Below, in pieces: positions 1-10,620 of a stretch of DNA of 64,000 bases. The DNA lies in NCBI RefSeq assembly GCF_036321535.1, contig NC_087459.1:26970001-27034000 (forward strand), read 5' to 3'. A program made the translations under genes and the position numbers. The notes beneath the pieces were generated by a model that was not told the origin of the DNA, did not search any database, and was given only the letters and a program-made list of their open reading frames with translations. This DNA comes from Camelus dromedarius (Eukaryota). Within the stretch, counting starts at the first letter, position 1. Each line of letters opens with the position of its first letter.

Positions 1-420
1 CCATACTCCATGGTTAAGATGGTAAATTTTATGTGTTTTTACCACAATAAAAAAAATTTTGTATAGAAGGGGGAAAAAAATAAATGTCAAAGACAAGCAA
101 GAAACAGGGAGAAAACGTTTGCATCATATGTAACAGAAAAATGGCTAATATACCTAATATAAAAAGAGTTCTTGCAAATCAACAAGAGAAAGCATAGCAA
201 TCCAACAGAATAATTACCAAAGGAGAAGAAGCAATTATAAAAAGAACTGTTTATGCTAACAAACATATGAAAGGATGCGTAACTTCCCTACTAAGCGATA
301 TTTCTTTAAATTCTCTATATGAAACAAAATTCGTTTCCCTTTCAGAGTAGCAAACTTTAAGAATGAGTATATCACCAAGGGCCTGGCAGGAAGCAGACAG
401 CATGCTGGATTTTAAAGAGA
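1..420 (+). mobile_element. Old LINE-1 fragments (L1M-type 3' end plus degraded ORF2/3' remnant)
   Basis: 1-57 'atggttaagatggtaaattttatgtgtttttaccacaataaaaaa' resembles the L1MA/MB 3' terminus; A-rich L1-like sequence follows. Boundaries approximate. Confidence 0.55.
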
Positions 421-440
421 CTTTATTGGGGGGTGGGAAG

Positions 441-580
441 GGAAGGGTATAGTTCAGTGGTAGAGTGCATGCTTAGCATGCACGAGGTCCTGGGTTCAAT
501 TCCCAGTACTTCCATATAATTAAATAAATAAAGCCCCCAGAAACCGCCTCCCCCGGAAAAAGTAAAATAAAAAAAAAGGA
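441..580 (+). mobile_element. tRNA-derived SINE (camelid Vic-1 type)
   Basis: A-box 'tatagttcagtggtagag', B-box 'gggttcaattccc', body 'gcatgcttagcatgcacgaggtcc', A-rich tail; same consensus recurs five more times in the window. Confidence 0.85.
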
Positions 581-1074
581 TCATCTCAGTCCCTTTAAAA
601 AAAAAAATTACAAAAACAACAACTGCAGAGATGTGGGGCTTAACTAAGTTTACAAATCTTAAAAAAAAATTTTTTTAAGCCAAAAAAATAGGAGAGACTT
701 AATGAATTGGAGAAACTATGTACAGAGAGGTATGGGTAGAGTTAGGGGATTCAGTAAAGGATACTGAGGTATCAAGAAACTAACAATGCGGGGCCATTAC
801 CACGCCAGAGCCTGAAGAAGCAATGGGAGGAAACTGAGTTACAGGAGCCGGGTTGAAAGAGCCATAGGAAAAAGAATCACCCGATAGTAGCCATAGCCAC
901 AGTAAACCAGGGATCAGCAGGAGAAATAAATGACCCAGCAACTGTCTTTTCTCACCCTCAGAAGTCAGAAGGAAGGCTAATGCAGTCTGCAAAAGTGAGC
1001 CTCCCTGAGGCACGGAGAAGAGTAGAGAATGGATCTGGGGACAATAACCAGCATTTCGATGATACCCCATATGA

Positions 1075-1285
1075 GAGAAAATAATAGCTAACACTTTTTA
1101 AGTGCAAATCTTGACTAAATAGTGGCATCATCATCATCATCCCCACTTTATAGATAGGAAAACCGAGGTACAGATGGGTTATACTATTTGCCCAAAGTTC
1201 ACGTGGATATTACACAGAGGCACTAGGCTTTGAACCCAGGCAGTCTGGTCTGCTAGAGCCCAGCTGTTAACCACTGCATTCCTCC
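1075..1285 (-). mobile_element. MIR SINE
   Basis: 'ccccactttatagataggaaaaccgagg...tttgcccaaag...tttgaacccaggcagtctgg' is the reverse complement of the MIR core. Confidence 0.7.
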
Positions 1286-2829
1286 ACTTCTTGTTTTCCT
1301 TCTCCCCTATTGGGGAAGTATATATTTATAAAACAACCAATTTTTAGAGAGCAATTTGACCAGTTCTATTAAAAACAAAGTCCCTTATAAATATAAAAAT
1401 AGTCTGAGACCCAGCAATTTCACTCCTAGGTAACATTGTTCAGAAATACTCAGTGTGCAAGGATATGAGATACTCATTTTATGAAGCTATAAATCACTGG
1501 AATAGACCCCACCCCTGCTCCAGTGATAACTCCTGATTAGACGAAGCCAGTCATACATGGTTGGTCTCTTTCTCTCCATGGTGATTGGTCCAGAGTGAGC
1601 ATGTGACAGTTCCAGCCAATGAGACAGGAGGAAAGGTCTGTTGCTGGGCAGCAGGGCTAGGCTTCCACATTCCTAAGAGAGCACCCTGTCTTCCCCTGGA
1701 TGTTGTCCTGTCAGGTAGTGACAACTGGAATTCTATTGCCAACTTGAACCCCAAAGACAATGAGCCTAAGGATGCAGCCAATTATGAGGACATCAATCTG
1801 GAGAGGAGGAACCTGGAGCAGTGGAAACATTTTCTATCTAGTAACTGTCTCCTCCCTGGGGCTCTCAAGTTCCTCTAGATCTCTGGTGGTGGGAGATACA
1901 GCTTTTCGCATTGGTTAAGCCGATTTGACTTGGGGTTTCCAGCCAGAGGGTGTCCTCATCAGTAGAACTTGGCTGCCGTAAAAGAGGGATCAAGTACAAT
2001 GTCTTTTGTGACACAGATTTGCAGAAGAGCAAAAATAAAAATAATAAATAAATAAAATCTGAAACTGATCAGTCTTCTAGATCCAATATCAATTTACAGG
2101 ACACGCAAAGGAGAGAGGAACACATATGCACAGAATACAGTCAGCAAAATTCAGATGTGGAGAACTCTATAGGACAATAAATGAGTTCTTCGACAACAAC
2201 AACAGAAATTCAGGAAAAAAAAGAAAAAGAGATGTAGAGACCTATAGATCAAAAAAGAAGAAACATATCACCAATAACAGTTGTGGACCTTAATTGGCTC
2301 CTTATTCAAACTGTTAAAGTTTATAACATTTGTGAGACAATTAGAAAAGTAAACACTGAGTGGAGAGTTGATAATATTAAGGAATTCTTACTTTTTAAAG
2401 TGTGTAAATGATATGGTGGTTTGTGTTAAAAAAAAAAAAAAAGCCCTTAGCTTTTAGAGAAACATATTGAAATATTTACAGGTGAAATGGTATGATGCTT
2501 GAGATTTACTTCAAAATAATGCAGAGGTGAGAGAAGAGATACATGGAGTATAGATGAAATAAGATTGGCCTTGAGTTAATAATTGTTGAAGCTGGGTAAT
2601 GGGTGATGGTGATTCTATTTCCCTTCATAAATGTTTAACATTTTTCATAATAAAAAGCTTTTTTTAAAGTAGATCTGTATTGACATAGAAAAATCTCCCC
2701 CTGAAATAACTTCTTTATCTTGTGTTATCAAACGCCACCCACTCTACTATAGCCTGCACATCAACATATAAGCATGTTTGAATACCTTCCATTAAAAAAA
2801 AAAAAAAAAGTTTCCTTGACTTCATATCT

Positions 2830-4560
2830 CCAAACAGATGCCACCCCAATTCTCTGCTTACCTCAAGAGTTCTCTCACATCTGATTTTGCTTCCTCCCTG
2901 CCCATGTGTCAATCAGCCTCTCCCATCTGCTCCTGCCCCAACTCCTTCTCCACTCCAAGCTGCTCCCGGCAAGGTGGCCTCCAGGTTGCCATGGCCAACG
3001 GTCATTTTCATCTGGAACTTACTCATGCTCTCAGCAACTTTATCTACAGAGGTGATTGCTCTCTCCTCCTCAGAACTCTCACTTGTCCTGCTCTTTGTGA
3101 TACCACCCTCACCTGCCTTCCTCCTCCCTCTTTACATACTTCCTCCAGCTCCCTTCCAGCCACCCTCTTCTACTTGACTCCAAGGGTCCTCTGTCTTGGG
3201 CCCTCTTCTCTTCCTCCAATGTGCTGTTGTCGCTTTTGAGTGTCTCTCCCATTCCCAGGACTTTAACATCCTCAGCTCCCGGACCTCTCCTCCGAGCTCC
3301 GCACTCATGCACCCAGCTGCCAACTTGGATGCCACAAAGACAGTGGGGGGCAGTGGCTAATAGCATGGCCCCTGGAGTCCAACCACTTGGGATTGGATCC
3401 TGGCCCTGCAGCTTCCAAGCTTTGTGATCGTGGGCAATTAGTTAGCCTTTCTGTGGCTCAGTTCTCTCAGCCACTAAAGGAGGGATTCAATAATGTATGT
3501 ACCCTCTCATAGTCTTTATGAGTAAATGAGTTAATGTCAAGCACTCACTAAATGTTAACTATCATGAGAGCTCATGGGCATCTCAAACTTAACATGCCAA
3601 GTGGAAGTCTAGATTCTCCCCACCACTTGTACCCATAAGGGGGTGTGGGGAGAGAGTTCCTCTCCAGCCTTCCTTATCTATGGAAATGGCACAACCCACC
3701 CATGTGATCAATCCAGAAACCTGGGAGTTGCCCTTGATTTCTTCCTTTTCCTCACCACCATCTTCCTCTCTACCCATCTAATTCTTCATCAAATCCTATT
3801 GATTCTAACTCAAAATATTTCTCAAATCTATCTACTTCTCCCTACCTCCACAGCCACCTCCCCGTCAAAAGTTACCATTTTGCCTCAACTGGACAACTAC
3901 AATACCTTCCTAGCTGACTTTCTTTCCTCTTCTCCACTTCCCCGCTAATCTGTCCCTCTCCACCTTCTGTGCAGCCAAATAGTCCTTTTAAAGTGTAAAT
4001 CATGTCTCTCCTCGCTTAAATTCTTACTAGATCTCATTTCTCTTTGATAAAGACCAAATCCCTTACCACATCCCTGCATGGACCAGCCTCAGCCCACTTC
4101 CTATATGCCTTCCTCCCCTTGCTTTCTCTGCTCCAGCTTCCTCTGCTTTCCCCTCTGTTCCTCTAACAAAGGATGGACTTGTGCACCTCAGGACCTTTGT
4201 ACATGCTATTCTTTCTACCTAAAACACTTTTCCCCCTGGCGTTTATATGATTGCCTTCTTCTTATCCTTCAGATTTCACCATACCTGGGACCTTTCTTTA
4301 CCACTCTACTCAAAATCTTCCACCTCAGTTATCGAACACAGCACCCTGCTCACTGAACTTATCACAATTTGTACTTATATATTTATTTGTTTATTTGTTT
4401 ATGACCTGTCTTCCCCACTTGAGAGTAGTGGGGAGTTTTTCGGTTTGGGCTTTTGGTATTCCTTGAGGAAGAAAGCCATCTCATTGCCATATCCCTGGCT
4501 CTAAAATTCATACTTGGCATCAGCAGGTATTTAGTAAATGTTTGCCGAATGAATTACTGG
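2830..4560 (+). mobile_element. LINE-2 fragment, interrupted by a MIR at about 3345-3565
   Basis: L2-typical 'gggcatctcaaacttaacatg', 'ccagaaacctgggagttgcccttgatt' and terminal 'ttagtaaatgtttgccgaatgaat'; MIR-like 'ctcagttctctcag...atgagtaaatgagttaatg' inside. Boundaries approximate. Confidence 0.65.
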
Positions 4561-6539
4561 ATTATTGATTTATAAAGAAACTGCTGTATATGGCATTGTG
4601 GCAATTATGAAAGTCAATCCATAAAATGAGCCATACAATAACATTATTTCCTTGATGCTCCACTCTGCTGAGGCAATCGGAAATAGGTTGAACTTAAGTC
4701 CTCCTGACGTTGAACCACAATTCCAGGATATTCAGTAGGGCCAAATTTGCTGGAGGTCAGGGGGAGGGGTGAAGATGAGGGAAGAGGCTAGGAGGAGGGT
4801 GAGGCTGGACAGTATCCAGCCCTCAGGCAACAGTGATCACTGCTGAGACACCACCATCCTGTCTTCTTGGCCCGTTTGGTCCTGTGGTTTGCATCGTGTC
4901 TGCTTTGGGCTCGGAGCTGGGGATGATTTTGCAAGCTGCCAGTGGTCCTGCCTGCCTAGTAAATTCATAGGCCATTCCTTTCGGGAGAACTTGCCAAGAA
5001 GTAAGTGGCAGATCCCCTTCCCATTCTTGGCCAAGACACTTAATCTCTCCTGAGGCATCCTCTTTCCCTCTGGGCTTCAGCTTTTCAAACACATAAACCT
5101 GCTTTTCTACTCTTTGGTCTGCCACGTGCATCCACCAGAGCGCTGAGCACAGAACCAGAGCAGAAAAATAGGAAAATGTAGAAAGGAACAAACTAGATGA
5201 ACAGAAAAATGTATGTTTGGAAAAGATCATGCTGACCATGATGCAGGGAAATGAAAGTCCAGTGAGGTGGTGATGGAGGGAGTGACGGGGCTGTAGAGAT
5301 GGGCAGAGGTAGCTGGGTATCAGCACCATGTGGGAGATAAAAATCAAGAGAACTAGGTGAGGGACTGGATTGGGGTGGAGGAGGTAGGGAAGGAGGCGTC
5401 CTGATCCTGCCTTGAGAAATGGGATGGCTTCGCCATTGCACAGTGTCCCCACTTCTGGAACATCATCTTCCAATGTAATTCCTTCACCTGGCTGACTCCT
5501 ACTCATCATTCAGATCTCCATTCAAGCATCACTTCTGTAGAGCCGCCTTACCTGACCCCAGGGCCAGTCAGATTCCTCTGCTTTACGCTTTCACTTTCTT
5601 TAGCAAATTTACTGGGTGTGTGATCATCCATCCATTGTATCTTACCCACCACACTGTCAGGTCTGTGGCTCACCCTTACATTCCTAGTGCCTAGCACATA
5701 GTAGGTGCTCCGTACATGAAGGCTCTGAAATGCAGGCAGAGGAGGCTGGTGTGTATCCTGCCAGCTGCTATTTCTCAAGAGGAGTGGAGGTCACTGGTTT
5801 TCAAAATACACAAACTCCCTCCACCCCAAAAGAGGAGGTGTCCTCAACCCACCTACTTTAGAAGTCTGTGCGTGTGATGAGGCTGTTACTGGGGGTACAG
5901 GCACTATGCAAATGAGTCTGGAGGTAGAAAAAATGTTGACAAGAGTTAGCAGGGCCTGTGGGGGTTCTGGAGCAGAGAAGTGAGTGGATGAAAGCAGGAG
6001 ATGGAGGATCTGTGGACCTGGTGGGAAGCTTGGAGGGTGGAGGTATGTGTAAGGCCTGGAGGTGGCAGACAGGTCCCCAGAGATGTTCTTGACATCAGAG
6101 CTATAGCATGATCACATGTAGTCTGTCTTCTACACGTGGTCCCCGGGAGCCTCTTCAGCCTGCTCTGAAGAAAATAAATACTCCACAGAATCCACTGTTG
6201 TGCGGTTCATTTGTTGTTTTGTTCACTAGCTATCTCTAGAAAGGGGCCTGTGTCTAGAAAGGCATGAGGCTGCAAGAATGTTGATTGCCGAATGAAGGAA
6301 GGAAGGAGCAAAATTTCTCAAAGTGCTCCCTGAGTCTGGGAGAGGCACAGGGGATTACTACTACTCCAGCACGGAACAGACTGCTGTGCGGATTAAATAA
6401 GATAATGCATAAGAAAGTCTTGGCAGTTGAATAAACTCAGGTTCAAAATCTGGGAAGAGAGAAGCTGGGTTGGGTGGGGGGCAGAGGGGGAGGAGGCTGG
6501 ACGGGTGTCACATGGGGCCCCTTGGGGACAACCCCAAGG

Positions 6540-7140
6540 GAAACCTCAAGAGGTCTTCCTGGAGCCCTGGCGACCCCAGCCTGACTGACATCCCTGCCCC
6601 ACCCGGCCGGCGGGTAGGAATTTGCCCCGGTGACCTCCGCAGGCGCACTCCCGTCACTATGGTGACCAATCGCGGAACAAGCAGCTTGATTGTCCCTGCT
6701 CAGCGGGGCAGGTGAAACCCCAGCCACGTGACCGATACTGGGCCAGGTGCGGTTAAGGAACACCCCCACCCCCACCCGCGCCGCCTCCTTGCCTTAACCC
6801 ATTCAACACCGCCGCCACCAGGGTGCAGTGTCGCTGCCGCGCAGGCCGCACCCCTTCGGCTCTCCGTCCCCCGCCAAAAAGGCGGTGACGAAATACTCGG
6901 AGCACTGCACTAGGAGTCACACAGCCGGGGAGGACTTCAGGCTGGGCCATTCGCGCACTGCATGGTTGGAGCTGGGTTCCTTCCCCTCCCGCGTCTTCAT
7001 TTTCTCAGCAATAAAATGAGGATACTAAGACCCTCCCACTTCACCGGGAGGTCGGACTGCTGGGAATGGGGATGCGGAAGTGGAGATTGCCGAGGTAGAG
7101 CGTTCTCATTCTGCACCCTGTTTCTCCCGCTACGTCAACC
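6540..7140. promoter_or_regulatory. Orphan CpG-rich element with CTCF-like motif
   Basis: Local CpG enrichment; CCACCAGGGTGCAG at 6815-6828 (one mismatch to the CTCF core); CCAAT near 6665. Confidence 0.4.
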
Positions 7141-8473
7141 TCAGCATATCAGGAGCTTGACACCTCCCTGGTGGGAGGACGGGAGACCCTCACCAACAAA
7201 CAGGGAGTCCACTGGCCTGTTCCTAACAAGCTGGAAGGGGTGGTCGGCCCCCAGTCTGACCCCTCCCTAGCACAAATCACCAGAGCCCTTCCGAGGTAGC
7301 AACAATCCCTCTCCCGGCCCCACCGATTTTTCTGGAGTGTTGAAGTGAAAACCTCAAGACGACTGGTTTTTCTGCTTGCCAGCCAGCCAGGCCCTAACCA
7401 ACCACGTGACATGGCTGGGGCCTAGGACACAGGAATGTCTCCAGGTTGCTTCTGCTCCTAGACCCAGAGCTCTGGCTGGGGGGCAGATGATCAAGAGTTG
7501 TGGGCAGGCTCAGGTTACCCAGTTAGATGGTAGGCTGGGGTGGGGGTAGGGGCCCATTTGAAACCATCCTTGAAATGCTACTCTTCTGAATCACCAACAT
7601 GACGTCAGCCCCTTTCCCCTTCATCCACCAATTCTAGAAAAACATCCTGCAGGATTTTCTCCAAGAACCCCTCTCCGGCCTTGGACCAGCCCCCATCCAG
7701 GGCTCAGATGCTCTCATCACTCCTATAATGACTATGCTGGCAACAAATGATCACACCACCTGGTGTGTTTAGAGTCCCCAGTGACCTCAAAGCCCTCCTC
7801 AGGTTAGAACAAAATACCCACTCATTATACTAGGCTGGCTCAAGATGGGGGTTATTTCATCAAGCAAGGCATTTGTTAGGCCATGGAGTTAGGATGCATT
7901 CTACTCTACTGACTCCATCAGGCCTGTCCTAAGGAGGTGGGGGAGAACCAGTGTAACCCTGGCTAGCCCAGGTGTCACCTCCTGGAGGGGACACTGACCC
8001 AGCCACCAACTGAACCTACACCCAGTGCCTGAATCTCTCCATGAGTAATTCAGTAAAATTACTGTTATACTTTGCACTAGACGAACAAAACATGACCTCG
8101 GGAGGCCCCCCAGGAACCCCCAGCCTATGGTGGACACATAGAAGGCCAATTCCGTAATACTTGTACAGTAGAGTCTGACAAATGCTTTGAGAACACCGGT
8201 GGAAGAGATTAGTTTCAACTGGGGAAATCTGGGAAGGCTTGAGGAAGAGGTAGTAGTTATCCTGGACCTTAAAAGATGTGAAGGACTGGGCAACTGGCTG
8301 CCCAAGATGTCAAGATGTGGTGGTCACAGCATCCCAGCAGGAAGTGATGGGGGTAAAGACCTAAAGGGAGGTGTGCAGTGTAGGCCTCAGGGTGCCTGGT
8401 AGTGAGAGAATGAGAAGCATGTGTGGAAAGGCCTGCTCCTCTGAGGGATCAGACTGGGAGAAGCTTGCGATGC

Positions 8474-9044
8474 TGTTGTGGACTCAGAATGCCACCTGCC
8501 ATACCAGTAAACAAAGGCTGTTTCCCCCATTAGCTGTTGCAGCCACCCTGAGGAAACTCAGGATGGGAAGCACAGGTTACTGGCTCTAGACGGCTAAGAT
8601 GCGTATCAAAGGAACGATTTCAATAAGGCCAGACTTTTGCATCTTTCCATACATAGAAAAGCACTAAATTCCTTAACTTGAGATACCTGCTTTTCTATAA
8701 TTAAAAAAATTTTTTTTTGTTTTGGGAAGAGGTAATTAGGTATTTATTTATTTTGATGGAGGTACTGTGGACTGAACCCAGGACCTTGTGCATGCTAGGC
8801 ACATGCTTTATCACTTGGCTATACCCTCCCCCCTGATTTTCTTTAATTAACAGTAATCTTTTGATGTTCTGACTACCTGGTCTTTGTTGCAAAAACTTCT
8901 ATATATCCCAGCTCCTCCCCTACCTCTTCAGAGCAGTCGCTATTGCCATCTGAGAGGCTGTCTCCCAGGCTTGAAGTCCTTGGAAAGTCTGCTGGGTAAA
9001 ACATAACTCCCAACTTTTAGGTTGTGCATTTTTTCCAGTGAACG
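8474..9044 (+). mobile_element. ERV1 solo LTR, MER41-like, interrupted by a SINE
   Basis: Starts TGTTGTGGACTCAGAATGCCACCTGCC; internal 'catacatagaaaagcactaaattccttaacttgagata' and 'ttaacagtaatcttttgatgttctgactacctggtctttgttgcaaaaac'; TATATA at 8900-8905; ends 'ttttaggttgtgcattttttccagtgaacg'; imperfect 4-bp TSD atgc/ctgc. Family assigned from memory of MER41-like consensus. Confidence 0.7.
8704..8831 (-). mobile_element. Vic-1-type SINE nested in the LTR
   Basis: Reverse-complement SINE body 'gaacccaggaccttgtgcatgctaggcac...ttggctataccctcccc'; 18-bp TSD cctg(c/a)ttttct(a/t)taatta at 8686-8703 and 8832-8849. Confidence 0.85.
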
Positions 9045-9579
9045 CTGCAAAGTTTCAACTCTCAACTTTAAGGATAGTAAGTCCCTGAAGGTTTCTGAGC
9101 AGAAGAATGCTGTAGAAAAAGCAGCTACTCCTGTAACTGCTGAAGGCTGGACTGCAGTGAACCCAGCTGAGACTCCAGACAATGTTGCCACTGCCACTAC
9201 TACCCAAGGCTGGGGAGAGGAGATGGTAGCCGGTCAGGGTTCCAAACGGAGGTGACTTCCCTGTAGGATGCACTGAGGGGGTGGGAGGATTGTTTATTCC
9301 TCTGCTGGTAAATGGTGGGGTGGGGGGCGAGGGTGAGCAGATCTGAAACATTCTAGCTCAGTGCAGCAAATGCCCCCTCTAGTACAAACACTTGTCCTCC
9401 CACCTTGACTCGCAGACCAGAGGTTCCTGTTCTGATTTTGTAAAAGTAATTTGCCTCAGTTTCCCCATCTGTAAAGAGGGGGGGGGGCTTGGAGATGACC
9501 TCTAGAGTCCCTCCTAGCTCTTTGAAGTCCACTTCAGGATTGGTAAGTGCTCTGTCCGTCCTGCCTGAGCCCAGGCTGT

Positions 9580-10620
9580 GGAGTGCGGCGCCTCAAAGCT
9601 GGCGCCAAGCAGGAGCCAATCCTGGTGTGTCTCGCCCGCGCCCGCCAGCGGGCAAAGTACGTCACCCTTCCAAGGCGGCGCCTAAGGGCGGAGGAGCAGG
9701 CCCAGGCAAGGCGTCCTCGGCTTGCGAAGGATCTTCCCCATGGCCGCCCAGGGTTCACGCCCCAAACCCAGGGCGTCACCACTGCCTGGAACCGGATTCT
9801 CAAATCCCAGGCTCAGACTCCCTACAAAGATACTGAGCGGGAAGGGCCCAGGCGGAGTTTAGCAATGCTATTGGGTGGCTCCGCCCGGGGCGTGGCCAGG
9901 GATGGTGCTCTCGCCTGTGGGCGCGGTGCCTGCAGGGAATACGTACTTGCGCAAGGGGCGGAGCTGGGCGGGGCACAGAAGGTTCTCTGGGATTACGTAA
10001 GGAAAAGCGAGCGAAGGAGGGGCGTTCGCGATAGGGGGCGGGGAGAGGGCGGAGCTCAAGTCGGAACTGGGCGGGGCTCTGAGCGGAGACACGAGTCGTG
10101 GAAGCAAGAGGTGTGTGTCGGGTAGTAGACTCTAGGCATGCTCTGCTGGGCCCGCGCCTGGAGGCTCCTCCGTAGGGGGCTTGGCCCCTCCACTCCCAGC
10201 TTCTCCAGAGTGCCAGTCGCACCCAGCAGCAGCCAAAGCGGCGCTGAGCCGAGGTCAGTCAAGGGCGCTCGGTAGGAGGCCGTCCTTCCCTCCTCCCCCT
10301 TCACTCTGGCCCTGTTGGCTCCACTTCCTTCGCTTGGGCCCGCCCCCTCGCAGGTTGTTCTGCAAACCACTTCCCCAGCTGGCCTCAAACCGTTCCCCTA
10401 TCCTTGCTCCTCCCGCCAGGCCGGTGCGACTTTCCTACAAGCTTCTGGACGGGGAGGCAGCCAGCCCACCTCTTGTCTTACTGCATGGGCTCTTCGGCAG
10501 CAAAAACAACTTCAACTCCGTTGCAAATTCCTTGGCCCAGCAGACTAGCCGGAAGGTGAGCTTGCAGGAGAGGCGGGGCCCCGAGGGCGGTGGAGCCTGG
10601 GTGGGCAGGGCCCTGGAGGA
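9580..10620 (+). promoter_or_regulatory. ABHD11 CpG-island promoter
   Basis: CpG-dense; several GC boxes (gggcggag, gggcgggg); TTACGTAA palindrome at 9993-10000; spans exons 1-2. Confidence 0.75.

Noticed and set aside
441-520. tRNA-like sequence with A and B boxes (also at 8760, 14800, 20280, 35600, 47520)
   Set aside because: No cloverleaf closure; AT-rich tails and TSDs show these are SINE copies, not tRNA genes.
4823-5509. 228-aa minus-strand ORF
   Set aside because: Overlaps L2-like sequence, has no recognisable domain and no splice context; likely chance.
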